A stretch of 64,000 nt of DNA from an uncultured virus (IMG/VR IMGVR_UViG_3300027752_001031) (lineage: Duplodnaviria > Heunggongvirae > Uroviricota > Caudoviricetes), in IMG/VR virus record IMGVR_UViG_3300027752_001031; one strand, given 5' to 3'. Positions within the stretch are counted from its first letter, which is position 1. Every line of letters starts with the position of its first letter. A program made the translations under genes and the position numbers. Below are positions 21,200 through 33,800 of the stretch, piece after piece. The notes under the pieces were generated by a model, which had not been told where the DNA came from, did no database searches, and worked only from the letters and a program-made list of their open reading frames with translations.

Positions 21200-22374
21200 T
21201 AGTCTATCCCAACTGCAAATCTAAACTCCATATAGTTTGTGGTGTTTGCTACTTTTACGAGTGGCAGGGCATCCACACTCTTTATAACAGAGTATCCCGT
21301 GAGTCCATAAAGGGGGTTTTTCGTTGTTAGATTTTCAATTCTAATAGCATCGACGGCTATGTAGTACTGATCTGAGGGTACTCCTCCGTCGATGACAGAC
21401 AGGTATATCTTGCTAAGCGTCATTGCGTTCCAAGAAAAGTCGGCACTCTTAAACAATTGCTGGAGCTGGCTAGACAATACGAAGTATCTGTTTTCTGAAA
21501 AGTCATACTGGCCTGTGCCAGTCCCATTTTCTAGGGTCATCTCCATTCTGGCATAATCGTAATCCGCTAGCGTTGCTCCCTCGCCAGACGCAAACTCTAG
21601 GATAATACGAACCTCATCTGGGACTGCAGCTGTTTGGCCATCTTTGTTTACCAAAGAAAATGCAAACCTAATTTCATCTGCTGGGGACTGCTTGTCAAAA
21701 GATCCGACACTAATACCATTAAGGTGGACATGGTTTCCAGAATCCACAGTTAGCCTACCAGCGGCGTCAGAAGAGATGTCTGACATGTCTCCACGTATCA
21801 TCATGATGTTATTTAAGAATCTGCAACGCTCATTGCGAGCGACCCTCTCGCTTGACGTAAATATTCTGTTGTCCGCGTTTGTTTGAAATACTGGGTAGTC
21901 CTCTAGAGTTCCATCGAGGTCGAGGTCATACTCTCCAATAATAACATCGTCATTTGCATCTCCATCAAGAGGCGTGTATATTGAGGAAATTGCTTGGGCT
22001 AATTCTGCGGAGTGGTATTCCCAGTTTTCAGTTTGGGTAAACCCATACAAGAGTCTGCTATCTGTGGTCGTAGCAGAGGGGTTTGATCCTGCAGAGAACA
22101 CTCCAACCTCTGTAATCTCATACCTTTCTTCAGTTGGCAACTCTGCGGTTAGAACTATCTTATCTATTCCGCCTTCTTTTACATACCCACGAGAAATTAT
22201 TGGTGAGCGGAACATCTCAAAGTCAAGAGACTCTTTTGCTGAGTAATCGCCAAAGTCGCCCAAGTCCCTATCCACCGCCTGAGGTCCACAACCAACTGCA
22301 ATGTACGAAGCGTAGGCTGGAGCTTGGCCAACTAGATACTTTGCCAAAATGTTCTTACCAGTATTTGTTATCAT
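21199..22374 (-). CDS. Minor tail/baseplate protein
   Basis: MITNTGKNILAKYL...ITEVGVFS resembles tail-collar/baseplate N-termini. Confidence 0.6.
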   Translation of the reverse strand: MITNTGKNILAKYLVGQAPAYASYIAVGCGPQAVDRDLGDFGDYSAKESLDFEMFRSPIISRGYVKEGGIDKIVLTAELPTEERYEITEVGVFSAGSNPSATTTDSRLLYGFTQTENWEYHSAELAQAISSIYTPLDGDANDDVIIGEYDLDLDGTLEDYPVFQTNADNRIFTSSERVARNERCRFLNNIMMIRGDMSDISSDAAGRLTVDSGNHVHLNGISVGSFDKQSPADEIRFAFSLVNKDGQTAAVPDEVRIILEFASGEGATLADYDYARMEMTLENGTGTGQYDFSENRYFVLSSQLQQLFKSADFSWNAMTLSKIYLSVIDGGVPSDQYYIAVDAIRIENLTTKNPLYGLTGYSVIKSVDALPLVKVANTTNYMEFRFAVGID

Positions 22375-22398
22375 AATTCCCTTATTTTTTCACTTGAT

Positions 22399-22893
22399 TT
22401 AAGATAGTCCCGATGGATATATTGTATCACCTAAGATATCTCCAGCAGATAGAACTTGGATCTCTACCTCATACTCAGGGTCTAAGTTTATCAGATCTAC
22501 GACGATATCGCCAGTGTTTGGGTCTAGATATATGTGACCTCCACTCTCACCGTTGCCTACAATTGGAACATGGTCTCCAAGCTCTATAGAGAAGCTCCTA
22601 AATAGCCTGTCTGCGGTATTCTGTAGTGCAAGAATGTTTAGCGGGTTATACTTTAGGTTTATCTCTGCAAGGTTAGCTATCGGTTGGTAAATTATATTCT
22701 GTCCATTGATTGTATCGTGCCTAGCAATGTTTAGTATTTCTTTTCCGCCAATGTTTTCAAAGGTTAGCTTTGCCATTAGCTCTATTGGCAAAGCCTCATT
22801 AGTTATCAGGACTATGTCTGGGGACGCTATCTTAATGTTTGCATCTGCTGTGTTTGAGTAAGGAACTGGAATGTTCGGGGTTGCATCTACCAT
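22399..22893 (-). CDS. Probable minor tail protein
   Basis: Coupled to the large tail gene. Confidence 0.55.
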   Translation of the reverse strand: MVDATPNIPVPYSNTADANIKIASPDIVLITNEALPIELMAKLTFENIGGKEILNIARHDTINGQNIIYQPIANLAEINLKYNPLNILALQNTADRLFRSFSIELGDHVPIVGNGESGGHIYLDPNTGDIVVDLINLDPEYEVEIQVLSAGDILGDTIYPSGLS

Positions 22894-25800
22894 TACAAAA
22901 CCTCACTAACATATGCGACCATTGATGGTCCTTTATCTGATCTCTCGTATTCAATACTATAAACTACGAACCTGGTATCTGGGTCACCAGTTTCTGATAT
23001 GCCCTCATTGTTTAGATAATCAACCTTAACGATGTCTCCCAGCTGTAGTGTTGGCATTCCAAATATCTTTATGCCAACAGACTTCCTAGGCTTCATTATT
23101 TTTGATATCATCCACCCCATCAGGTTATTGGCATCGTCTTGTGTTTGAATGTAGGGAGCCTCTAAAGAAAAATCTTTTTTGCCATAAGTAAGGCGACTAA
23201 ATTTTATGTCCTGGTACTGCTGCTTGGCAACAGAAGGAGAGGATATTGTACTTGTAGAAGAAAATGAAACATTTGAGAAATCGCTCTTCTTGGTAAAGTA
23301 CTCGTCAACAGAGTATTCCTTTTGTGACTCTTGCGTAAAAGTAACCCCCTGAATCCTTAGGTAATTTCCGCTTGATTCATCTAGGCTAAGAGCCGTGTCT
23401 GTAGCATTGAATATTAAGAACTCTGCCCCGTAGGCTCCAGCCATAAAACCAGATACCGTATACCCCTTTAGTCCGTTGTAGGTAGGAGCCAGCTGTGCCG
23501 ACAGTGCTGGGTAAGCCTTGTCATACCTTACGTTAAAGTATGAAGCCTCCCTCATAATTGTTCCAAACTCTTCGAAGTAAAGGTCGTACCTTGGTGGCTC
23601 AGATGGGCTGATTCCAGCAAGGTGTGTCTGCTTAACCATTCCACTCATAGAATATTTTCTAAAGGATTCGTTTACAGTTATCTCATCATCTCCGAAGATA
23701 GAGCTGATGGTTGTGTTTACAGCAAAGGCAGTGTTCTGGCTGTAGTTGTTTGCTACGGCATATATGTTTTCGAACATACACCTAGCTGAACCACGTACGA
23801 ATATGCCCATGTTGTTATATATAGGTAGTGGATTTTCATCATCTACCGACGAAATAAGATTATTATTTATATAGAGATAGAACCTTCTGGACGATCCTAT
23901 ATCTTCATACTCTACCGCAAGGTCATAAACAGTTGGGTTTGACTCTCCGACAACCCTCTCTTGCCCTACAAAGCTTCCAGAGTCTGCTATTATGCTTGAG
24001 ATGCCACTCCACAGCTTTACTGGGATTGCTTTATCTGTACCAACCTCTTTAGTTATTTTATAAAACACAATGTTGAATAGCTCTAGGTCTGATCCAAAAT
24101 CATTAACGTCTATGTCTGTTAATGAGATTATCTCAAAGTAGTAACCGTTATTGGTTTCTGGGTTTACCATTAAGGCTAGGCCTCCAGATGCACCACCGAC
24201 GTTTATATTCTTTTCTGGTGTTGAACCAGCAACCTCATAGTATGTTGAACTGCCCACTGGAGTTTGACCACGATTTTCGTTATTCTCAATCTTGCCTATG
24301 ATTCGCATTCTGGTTCCAAAGTGCTTAAACTTATTGTCTAATGGCTTATGAACGTATGATATAAAATCTACTGGGGACTCTGTGGTAGCAAACTTTGGTC
24401 CATTCAGTATCAGGGCTGAGGACTGCACAGATCCCTTTTGAGTAGAGTAAAGGCTATTGATGGTCGTCTCATTTATGTATGAGCTGCTAAGGAAGTTTCT
24501 AATTATTCCATTTCTGGTTGTCTTTTTTGCAAGCTCATTATCTACCCCTGCTGTGCCTACTTCTGTAGATGGCACTGCAGTTCTTGAGAATAAGTACTGC
24601 GACTCCATTGAGCATCCACGCACATTGTTGTTGTCATACCAGTACGGGTCTATACCAGCTGCGTGGTTTGTTATTTCTGTTCCGAACTGTCCCCTACCGT
24701 GCCTGGCCACAGCGCCATTTGAAAGGTATGTAACGCCATCTATATCTTCATAGCTTGGCTCTGAGTATATCCTAATTAATCCAGTTGGATACATCTTTCC
24801 ATTAAATGGGATATTTGCAAAATACTTTTGATACTCTTGAGAGCTTGATACCCACACATTTCCAATTCCAGATACATTGAACTGAGTAGCGTCATACTTT
24901 ATAACTTCTCCGTTAGCATAAAAATAACCAGAATGCCTAGCAAGCCAATAGACACCCTCTCCGAAGTCAATGACATTGTTTGTAACCACCCTGTTTACTA
25001 CCTCTGGGACACTGGATGCCAGGTCTGAGTTTAGTGGTATGGCTGATAGCACATAGCTAGACTGGGCTCCAGTCTGATCGTTTTGAGACTTTGTTAGCTC
25101 TGTCCCAGCTACCTCCCACAATAGCGCTGGCCTGTAAATCCAAAATCTATCCTGGTCTAATAGAGAAGCTTGCTTAATTGATCCAACAGATTTCTGTAGA
25201 TACCTAGACGTGTAATTTATCTTTCCATCATTGTAAACCTGGTTGTCTTGCGAGGTTATCTCTTCAATATTTGCCAATTTAATATTGGTTGCTTGGTTGC
25301 TATAAACTGCTGAGCGTGAGGAGTCCTTGGTTCCACGAAGTGTCGTGTCGGTTGTCCTGGTTGTCTCTAACGGCATCATGTAGTCTTTGCTCATCATGAT
25401 GAAGTTGTTGTACTCGTCAAAGAACATAGATGTTTGTGTTGAGACAGCTATGTCGTTCAGCACTTCCGCTATCGTCTTATCTGGTCCAACATAAAAGAAT
25501 GGAATAATATTTTCTGACTCGTCTGGTGCTTTTAAGAACTTATAATTAGAAAAACCAATGGAGTCAAGGAGCAGAGATGTGGCATAACTAACTGATGCAT
25601 TCGGTATGAGAAGCTGAGGGGCAGTCAGGGACTCAAAATAAAAGAATAAGTCTCTTAGCTGTATAGACACAGACCTATCGTTTGTTCCAATTGCTGGGAA
25701 CCCATCTGAGTACACAACCTTTATGGGTACTGACAATGCCACGTTGTCTACGTATATCTTTTCATATAGCTTTATCTGAAAGCTTCTACCGACAAATGAT

Positions 25801-27191
25801 GAGATTATGCTGTCGCTATTTGCTGCACTAAACGATTGATCGTAGTCGAAAAGATCTAGAGACCCCGTTGAGGCGAGTAGCTGACCTACGGGCATTCCGC
25901 TAATTCCAAGGTCTGATGCGTTTTTGGAAACCTTAAATCTTGTTACCTTTTCAGAAAGATCTACGGTTAGTCTTGGCGATAGCTCGATTAGGTCAAAGGT
26001 TGAGTCTTGCACATTCATGGTATCTACGGCAACTCTTAGTCCAGAGATGTACTGAAACTCTGTGTTTTTTGTTTCGCCAGTTGCTGGCTCTACGTAAGAT
26101 GCTGGACCTGATAGCACAGTTACGAAGTTTGGATTCTGGCTATCTGAATCCTCGGACAACTTCCATCCATATGCTGGAATAAAGCTTTCGTAAGATGTCC
26201 CTGTCCAGATATAATAAGTACCCACGTCAGTTGCTGAGGACCTTACAAGGTAAGCATTTCCTGTAAAAGTATCTTGTGGAAGCAGCGTTGCTGAAGTAAG
26301 ATCACTAGCCTTTAAAAATATGTTCGAGTATTGCTCTGGCACAATCAAACCATAAGAAATCTCAACGTAACCGTCGGCACCAATAATTGCAGTTCCATCC
26401 GACCTTACAGAGTTCTGAGTAAAAGATACAGCATCTATCCAGTTGTCATTGTAAAGGTATTGGATCTTCCATTTAACGGGTGTAGTCTGGTTTGCATACC
26501 CATAGAACGGATCGCTAAATGCTGATGATAGGTTGGAGAATGGACCCAGATCTACGCTACCAACATTTGTTTGCATCTTTACGACTACCCTGTTTGCTGG
26601 CACTGGGTCTTTGTATATAACAAATGGAGCTGTGTCGTCGATGTAGTAGTCGGACTGGTATGGCTGGCTGGCTATTCCTCGCTCCACTCCAGAGTCTGTC
26701 CTATAAGATGTCCAATACTTGAACTGGTCATCCTTGTGTGCCATGTAGTACCTAGGTCTTTTAGCCTGGTCTGGATTAGAGTGAAACGTGTACCTGTCTG
26801 AGAAATACCTTAGCTTAGATATTCCAGACCTTGGCCTAAATTTGTTAAAGCATGACTCTAGTGAAAACAATAACTTTTCTTTGTCTTTACTGGATACGAA
26901 TGTTAGTGGTAGCTCGTTGTTATCGTACCCTCCGTCAATGACTACGTCTGCATCTGTGGCTCCAGTATAAAAATTACCTTCGTCGTATTCGCTAAAGTTA
27001 TTTGGTAGGGCAGAATAAACACTTTGATTTGCTGGGGTTAGAGTTATTCTTTCGAGTGGCCTGTATCTGTAGTTGCCGATATAGGAAATGTTTTCTGCAA
27101 TGTTCATGTTCCATTCTGCTATTACCTCAGACTGGGCCTTTACTACTGAAGAAGTTTCTAGGTGCTCTTTAAGAATGTCATTTTGAAACAT
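22893..27191 (-). CDS. Large tail-tip/baseplate hub protein
   Basis: About 1430 aa, second gene after the tape measure; C-terminal PTLQLGDIVKV hub-like motif; ATG at 27191 overlaps the upstream TAA. Confidence 0.7.
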   Translation of the reverse strand: MFQNDILKEHLETSSVVKAQSEVIAEWNMNIAENISYIGNYRYRPLERITLTPANQSVYSALPNNFSEYDEGNFYTGATDADVVIDGGYDNNELPLTFVSSKDKEKLLFSLESCFNKFRPRSGISKLRYFSDRYTFHSNPDQAKRPRYYMAHKDDQFKYWTSYRTDSGVERGIASQPYQSDYYIDDTAPFVIYKDPVPANRVVVKMQTNVGSVDLGPFSNLSSAFSDPFYGYANQTTPVKWKIQYLYNDNWIDAVSFTQNSVRSDGTAIIGADGYVEISYGLIVPEQYSNIFLKASDLTSATLLPQDTFTGNAYLVRSSATDVGTYYIWTGTSYESFIPAYGWKLSEDSDSQNPNFVTVLSGPASYVEPATGETKNTEFQYISGLRVAVDTMNVQDSTFDLIELSPRLTVDLSEKVTRFKVSKNASDLGISGMPVGQLLASTGSLDLFDYDQSFSAANSDSIISSFVGRSFQIKLYEKIYVDNVALSVPIKVVYSDGFPAIGTNDRSVSIQLRDLFFYFESLTAPQLLIPNASVSYATSLLLDSIGFSNYKFLKAPDESENIIPFFYVGPDKTIAEVLNDIAVSTQTSMFFDEYNNFIMMSKDYMMPLETTRTTDTTLRGTKDSSRSAVYSNQATNIKLANIEEITSQDNQVYNDGKINYTSRYLQKSVGSIKQASLLDQDRFWIYRPALLWEVAGTELTKSQNDQTGAQSSYVLSAIPLNSDLASSVPEVVNRVVTNNVIDFGEGVYWLARHSGYFYANGEVIKYDATQFNVSGIGNVWVSSSQEYQKYFANIPFNGKMYPTGLIRIYSEPSYEDIDGVTYLSNGAVARHGRGQFGTEITNHAAGIDPYWYDNNNVRGCSMESQYLFSRTAVPSTEVGTAGVDNELAKKTTRNGIIRNFLSSSYINETTINSLYSTQKGSVQSSALILNGPKFATTESPVDFISYVHKPLDNKFKHFGTRMRIIGKIENNENRGQTPVGSSTYYEVAGSTPEKNINVGGASGGLALMVNPETNNGYYFEIISLTDIDVNDFGSDLELFNIVFYKITKEVGTDKAIPVKLWSGISSIIADSGSFVGQERVVGESNPTVYDLAVEYEDIGSSRRFYLYINNNLISSVDDENPLPIYNNMGIFVRGSARCMFENIYAVANNYSQNTAFAVNTTISSIFGDDEITVNESFRKYSMSGMVKQTHLAGISPSEPPRYDLYFEEFGTIMREASYFNVRYDKAYPALSAQLAPTYNGLKGYTVSGFMAGAYGAEFLIFNATDTALSLDESSGNYLRIQGVTFTQESQKEYSVDEYFTKKSDFSNVSFSSTSTISSPSVAKQQYQDIKFSRLTYGKKDFSLEAPYIQTQDDANNLMGWMISKIMKPRKSVGIKIFGMPTLQLGDIVKVDYLNNEGISETGDPDTRFVVYSIEYERSDKGPSMVAYVSEVL

Positions 27192-27829
27192 TATGCCTCT
27201 TCCAGAGATAGAGATATGTTCCAAAAATCAAAGGTGCTTGTCCCACGCTTTTCAACGCTGTAATTAAAGTCTGCAAAGAAGACTTCTACAATTTCATTAT
27301 ACTTATTCATATTGCTAAAGGCTGCTGCATCGTCTCCAAAATTCTTGTAGTTGTCATAAGCCAGGTATACCCAGAACGACCCTTGGTGATTGTTGTACCA
27401 ATCTAATATTTCTACACCCCCAGCTCCACCATCTGTAGTAAACTCTGCGGTAGTACCCTTGTATGGAGATACCCCTCCTGCCTCAGTGAAGCCAGCTAGG
27501 GTGTTGTATGCCCTGGATGGTAGCAGTGTCCAAGATGTGCTTATTGTTATCTTGTCTGCAATATGGTATGAGCGCATTCTTCCATTAATAGTTCTTTGTC
27601 TCTGCTCTATTCTTTCAGTGTTGATACTGACTGGAGCACGATTATCATCGGATAGAATTATAAATTGATTTAATAGTGTAGTGTCTGACTCCGCCGTTGC
27701 TGTTCCTACTTCAAGCCCGTCTGGCACATAGAAACCATTAACTAGGGTTCCAGGATTGTCGGCAAGGAGCATTCCCTGTGGCCTACCACGGGATCCCTGG
27801 CGTCCTAAAAGATAGTCTTTTGTTGCCAT
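27191..27829 (-). CDS. Probable distal tail protein
   Basis: First gene after the tape measure; ends WNISLSLEEA. Confidence 0.6.
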   Translation of the reverse strand: MATKDYLLGRQGSRGRPQGMLLADNPGTLVNGFYVPDGLEVGTATAESDTTLLNQFIILSDDNRAPVSINTERIEQRQRTINGRMRSYHIADKITISTSWTLLPSRAYNTLAGFTEAGGVSPYKGTTAEFTTDGGAGGVEILDWYNNHQGSFWVYLAYDNYKNFGDDAAAFSNMNKYNEIVEVFFADFNYSVEKRGTSTFDFWNISLSLEEA

Positions 27830-30800
27830 TAGAACTTGTTGCTCCTAATTCTTTGTGAGTCAATCTGCTTAATCTGAGTCATAACTGATCTAGCAATCTG
27901 GTCTGGGTTAGCATCTGATTTTACGCTTACGTTTACACTATAATTATACACTGATTCGCCTGCATATGTTCCGTTATTTATAGCCTTTAGGTTTTCAGTT
28001 CCGAAACTCTCTACCGCATACTTCTTAACTACGAACTCTCCTGGAGTAAGCATTGCTGGTACTGTGTCTGTGCCCATTGCATATCCACCAGAAGCAAAGT
28101 ATTTCGGAACCATTCCGCCCATAGCGTATTTTGGAACCATACCACCCATAGCAAACTTGAGTCCTGTTGACTGCATCAGCTGAATGTTTTGCTTGGTTAG
28201 TGCGGCCTTTTGAGCTGCAGAGATATCTCCACCCCTAACGGAAGCACGATTAGCAAGCACAGTGTCTCTAACCTGGTTTGCAAAGTCTAGAGGAGAAGCC
28301 GCCTGGCCCGACTTAACTGCAGCTATAGAAGAAGCTGCTGCTGTGTCTCTGTCTAGAACCGTTACGCCATCCGCACGGAAGACTGAAGTGGCAGCCTTAT
28401 CCAATCCGCTGCCCTCGGTCGTTGGAGCCTTCATTCCAGTAAGCTTTTGAAGTAATGCCATTGCGTCTATTAGCATTTGCACATAGTCTTTACCACGCTG
28501 CATGGCTTCGTCAAAGGCTAGCTTGGCATCGTTATATGCCTCTTCCTCTAGAGCAATAGCGTCTAGTCTTAGCTGCTTTTCTTTGTCTAGTGCTTCTAAA
28601 ACATACTCTTGCTCTTCTAGCTTCTTCTGTTGCTGGAAAAGCTGCACACTTTGTATTGCATATATCTGGTCTTCTAGTCCAATTATCTCAGCTAGCTTAA
28701 CTTCCCTGAGCTGCTCATACGCATAGATCTGGTCTTGGATTGAAAGAATCTCAGCTTCGGTTGCTTTTTTCTGCTGCTCAAGTGCGAACACTGCCTGAGA
28801 GATTTCATACTGCCTCTCTTCAACCTGTACCCTGGTTAAACCAGAAGCTGTCTTTAGGCTTTCAATCTCTCGCTCTTGTGCCGTAGCTAGCTTATTCCTA
28901 GCATCTTCAGCTCTTTGAGCAGACTGCTTATCCTTAAGTTCTTTAGCCGCACGTGCCGCGCCAGCGATGTCTCCCTGGCTAAGGGCGTCAGCTATGTCAA
29001 GCTGGGAGCTTTGCTCGTCTGCTAGTTGCTGGTTTATTGAGAGAACCTTGTCCAGAGCTGCGGCTTGATCCTCATACTTATTGTTTATGGACTCAGTCAG
29101 CTTATCAATTATTGTCAGGTCATTAGATAGCACCGAGGACTCATCTTGAAGTGCAGACATTGGCCTGTCAGTGCTTAGCTCAAGAGATCTCTGTAGGTCA
29201 GATATTTCTTTCTGTAGAGCTTCAACTGGCCTGCTAATGCTCATTTCAATGTCGCGTTGCTTGTCGTCGATAGTGGTCTGTATGCTGTCTATTGACTTTT
29301 GAGTCTTTTCGATAGCATCATTTGTGGAATCTACAGCATCTTGTGCACTCTTTACTCTGTCTTGGAAGTCGTCATCTACCCTGTCACGCCTGATGCCGAA
29401 GGACTCCATTGCTTGTCCATACAAGTTGTCAAACTCGCTCTGTATTCCTTCTGGGGTTGAAAGCTGTATCTTTAGACTTATCTTCTTGTCCTTCTCTATA
29501 CCGTTAAGGTAGTCTCTGAGAAGCCTTGCATTTATCTGACCGTCTTCTAGGTCTTTAATGAATTCTTGTGCTAGGGCTGGGTTGGACAGAATGCCCTCGA
29601 TCTGGTCTGCCTCATACCCCATCTTACCAAGAGTTTGAGCTACGTTTACGAAAGCGCTATTGAGTTCTCTAGCTGCTGCTTGCTCTTTTAGCAAACCCTT
29701 AATTGCATTACTGCGAGCCAGCGTATCTACCTGCTTTAAGAGGCCCACAAGCCTTTCCCAAGACTTTGTTCCAACCTTGGTTGTAGCTATTGCAGCAGCA
29801 AGTGCAGAGTCTTTGGCGGACTCAAAGGCTTGAGTTATGCTAAAGCCTTGCTGGCGGAGCTTATTGTAAGCAGAGTTGGTTTCCTGTAGCTGCTGCCTTT
29901 CTTCTTTAAGGCCTTCTATTGCTTTTTGGAATGGAGACTGCTGGTTGCCGCCAGAAGGTGCTCTAATCTTCTTTTCTAGATCCAAGATAGCTGACATAGT
30001 TTCCACAAACATATCGTAATCTTCTGCGCTCATGGCGGCTTTAGCGCCTGCCAAGAACGTGCTATTTCCAATTATGTCTAGGGCGTCTGAAACGCTTTGA
30101 CCGTTTGAGGTCAGCCACGAAAGGACACTGTTCTGCTCTTCTAGGTCGGCTAGGTAAGTCTTCATGTCGGCTTGTCCACGGACATCATTGACATCTTCTT
30201 CAGAAGCTGCTAGGTCTTTAAGCAAGGCAATAACGGAGTCATAGCTTGATGTGGTTCCAGCTGCTATGTCCTGTGCTTTTGCGTCTATAAGAAGCTGCCT
30301 AGTCTTTTCATCTGTCACTGCGGCAAGAGCTGCTTCTTCGTTGCCCAATGCTTCTAGCAGATCTGGATAAAGGTCTACAATATCCTGATTTGCTGTTAAC
30401 TGGTCGGTGATTGCTTCAGTAGAAAGGGCAATGGCTTCTTGTCTTTCAGTCTCTACGTCAACGGCGGAGGCTTCTGCAGTTATTCCGATTGCTTTGCCCA
30501 GTCTAACTTCAAGCTCAATAATCTTTGTCTGTAGCGCAGCCCTATCTTCTAGGGATGAATTAAAGTCGTCTCCAGCAGCTAGTATCTCAAAGTCTATTGG
30601 CTTAAGGCTAACCCCTGCTTGAATTGCTTCAAACAGTATAAGCTTATTGTTAATGTCATCTATGCCGTCTAGCTGCTTCTTGTCTACTCCGATATTTGCA
30701 AACATCTTTTCTAGCACTGTTCCAGCACTAGGCCCTAAAGAGTTTACGTTAGACAGAAGCTCTCCCACAAGACCGCTATAGGCATCCGCACTTATAGTTC

Positions 30801-33800
30801 CAGAGCTAAACCCTGTGCTCAAGGTCTCAAAGAAGGATGAATACTCGGAGCCAAGGGCCTGAAGGTCTCCAACCATGTTGGTTGAGCCAGACATCCCGTC
30901 AAAGTTAAAGCTGTTATAGTTATCTAGGTTATAGTCGGCTATGCGGTTTAGTGTTGATTCGTAATCAGAAACTACCTTTTCAAAAGACTGCTCGGCAGCT
31001 GCTTGTATGTTGTCAAAAGTGTCTTCATTCCTAGGATCAAACTTTAATCCTATAGACAGGTCTATGCCTGTCTTTCCAGCCTCGGAAGCGATAGCCGCAA
31101 CAAACTCCTGAATCCTAGCTGGATCTGTGCCCTCTGGAGATAGTGCGAGAAGCTCTATTACAAGGCCGTTAAGAGCCCTCTCGGCTTGGTCTCGTGTCGC
31201 ATTTCTTATGTTTTGTATGTCTTCTTTAAAGCCACCGTCACTGGCAGACTTGTCCTTTAGGTCTGCAAACTCATCGCTGGTTCTAATTGCAGCTGCCCTA
31301 GCGGACCCTCCAGTTTCTAGACCTTGAACCGAATTTATTTGACTGCTTCTATCCACAGACCTCGTTGCCGCAAAGCCTATCAGTCCTACTATTGAGTCAA
31401 GCTTCTTACCAGCTGCGAATGCTGCATTTCCCATACCTTCAATTTTTTGCTTTTGCTTTTCTTGAATGTCTCCGACAATCTTGAAAGCAGCAAATGCGGT
31501 TAGCGCTACTCCTAGGAATGGAATAAACTTTAAGAATAGGGGAACGATCTTTCCTAGCACCCCACCCAAACTGCCTCCTACGGCAATGAGGTTACCGAAG
31601 CTGCTTTTTACTCCGCCAGAGAATACCTTGGTTACTCCAGCTAGGCCCTTAGCTCCTGCTATGGATGCCTTTATTGCAGCAGGTCCGCCCTTTGCAAAGT
31701 CAAGCAAGCTTTGTCCAGCCATCTGGCCTGCCATCTTTTTATAGAGAGCTATGATTAGTGGCAGGATGGCGCTGAGGGCAAACATGGCATTTGATATTCC
31801 AAACACGGCATCTTGCAAACCAGACATTTCTCCGCCTAGTCCGCTAGTAAGCATTGATATGCTGCTAAATGCGAAAGAAGCCTGCATGATTCCAGATGTC
31901 ATTCCTTGCATAGACCTGGTAGAGTCTCCAGTAGCTTTTATAAGCTTTTTAGTCTTCATGTCATAGGCGTTGCCCTGCTTTGCACCAGATGAGACTAGGC
32001 CTAGACCAGTGGCATCTGCCCCCTGCATCCTTTGCCTTACACCAGCTGCATAAGCGTTTTGGTTAGTGGTCGATCTGCGCCCTGCGGGCATGTTGAATAT
32101 TTGCTGAGATGCTGCTGAAGCTAGCTGTTGTCCTGCTGCGGCCATGTCGTCTTGACCACTTGCCAATCCTTGCTCAAGTCCAGCTACAAGGTTTTCTCCA
32201 GACCGAGATGTTCTCTTGGATGGAGACTGCATCTGTCCAGCTTTGTTGGTAGCATCTACCAGAGCTTTTTGATAAAAGTCATTTGCTTTTTTAACGTTTC
32301 TTTCTGCAGCTCGCTTAAGACCTGGGTTGGCTGACTTTATCTCTGCAACTTTGGTTACCGCAGTAGCTTGCTTAGCAAATGCTGGAGATACTTGTTTAGA
32401 CAACTCTGCATTAGACTCTAGCTTTTGCAAAAGCTTTTTTAGAACCTTTGCTTGAGTGTCCTGCTCGGCCTCTGTTAGGCTTAGACCTCTCGTGTACTTG
32501 TCCATCAGGGTGTCTATCTCTTGCTGAGACGTTCCCATCTCCAACATTGTATCTTTTATAGCTTTTTGGTTATTAGGACTCCTAGAGACTGAGCCAGCGA
32601 ATCTATTCTGAGCTCCTACCTCGGGCTGGAACAGTTGACTATTCCATCCTGCTTTTCCAACTTTCTTTTTGTCGACATCTATTATGTGTGCCCTGTCAAC
32701 TTGTGTTAAGTCTTTTATTTCTGCGTCTGAGAATACTGGGTTTTGACCTGCTTCAATCTTGGTCCTGTTTATCTCTTCGAGCTCTACCCTTAGCTTTTTG
32801 GCTACTGATAGCTGCTGCTCGTACTCCTTGACACCCTCAGCACCTCGCTCATCTGAAAGCTGAGTGCGAACCGAACGCTTCTCTCCAAACTTGCTAGCAC
32901 TGTACTTTCTTTCTGTAGAGAATGACTCTGGCAACTTCTTTCCAGAATCTTTCGCTAGCGACCTGACTTTATTTACAAACTCATCTTTTGTTACTTTAAC
33001 GCTTGAGCTTAGCTCGTCAAAGGCTTGGTCAATTAGCTGAGGAGCATCTCTCAACTCTGCAACCAACTTTTCAATTGCCCTTAGGCTATTTAGATTTCCG
33101 ACCTCTAGACTATTTCCGCCTGGGGATCTTAAAGTTCCTCCTGGTGTAGCCCCACGGCCCTTCTTGTACCCTGGGATATCCCCAGCGACCATACCGTTAA
33201 TAAGGCCTGCGTACCTTCGTGCCATGTCTTTTGGAATAACCGCTTCACCAGGCTCAAGCATTGCTGGAACCTTGTCTCCGCTGCCAGTACCTGGAACAGA
33301 AACAACTCCGGACTTATACTTTTTAACTGCTCCTCGGCCAATGTTGGTAGCCATTCCAGCGCCACCAAACTGCTGCTGCCTCTGTATTGCCTTACCGTAT
33401 GCAGCTGTAAGTTTTTCTATGGCAGCTGCTTCGGATGTGAATGCCTGAGCAAGTCTATTATGAGTTTGTTCTAGAGATGCTGCTACCGCCATTTCTTGCA
33501 GCTGCTTCTCGGTTAGGTAGTTTGTTTGCTCACCTAGAACTTGAGACTGTTTTCCAGTTTTTTGGAAGATGTTCATTACTGCCACAAAACCCTTGATCAG
33601 GTTAGCAGCTCCGTTAGCTAGAAGACCAAATGTCATTAGGGCTACTGGACCGATTATGCCAAGGACTCCAACGAGTCCAGCTACGAATTTCTTAACCCCA
33701 ACGTCTAGGTTATTGAATTTATCTATTACGTTTGTTGCAAAATCAACTAGAGGGGTAACTATCTGTAAGAACAGTTCTCCAATGGGCGCTATGGCAGCTT

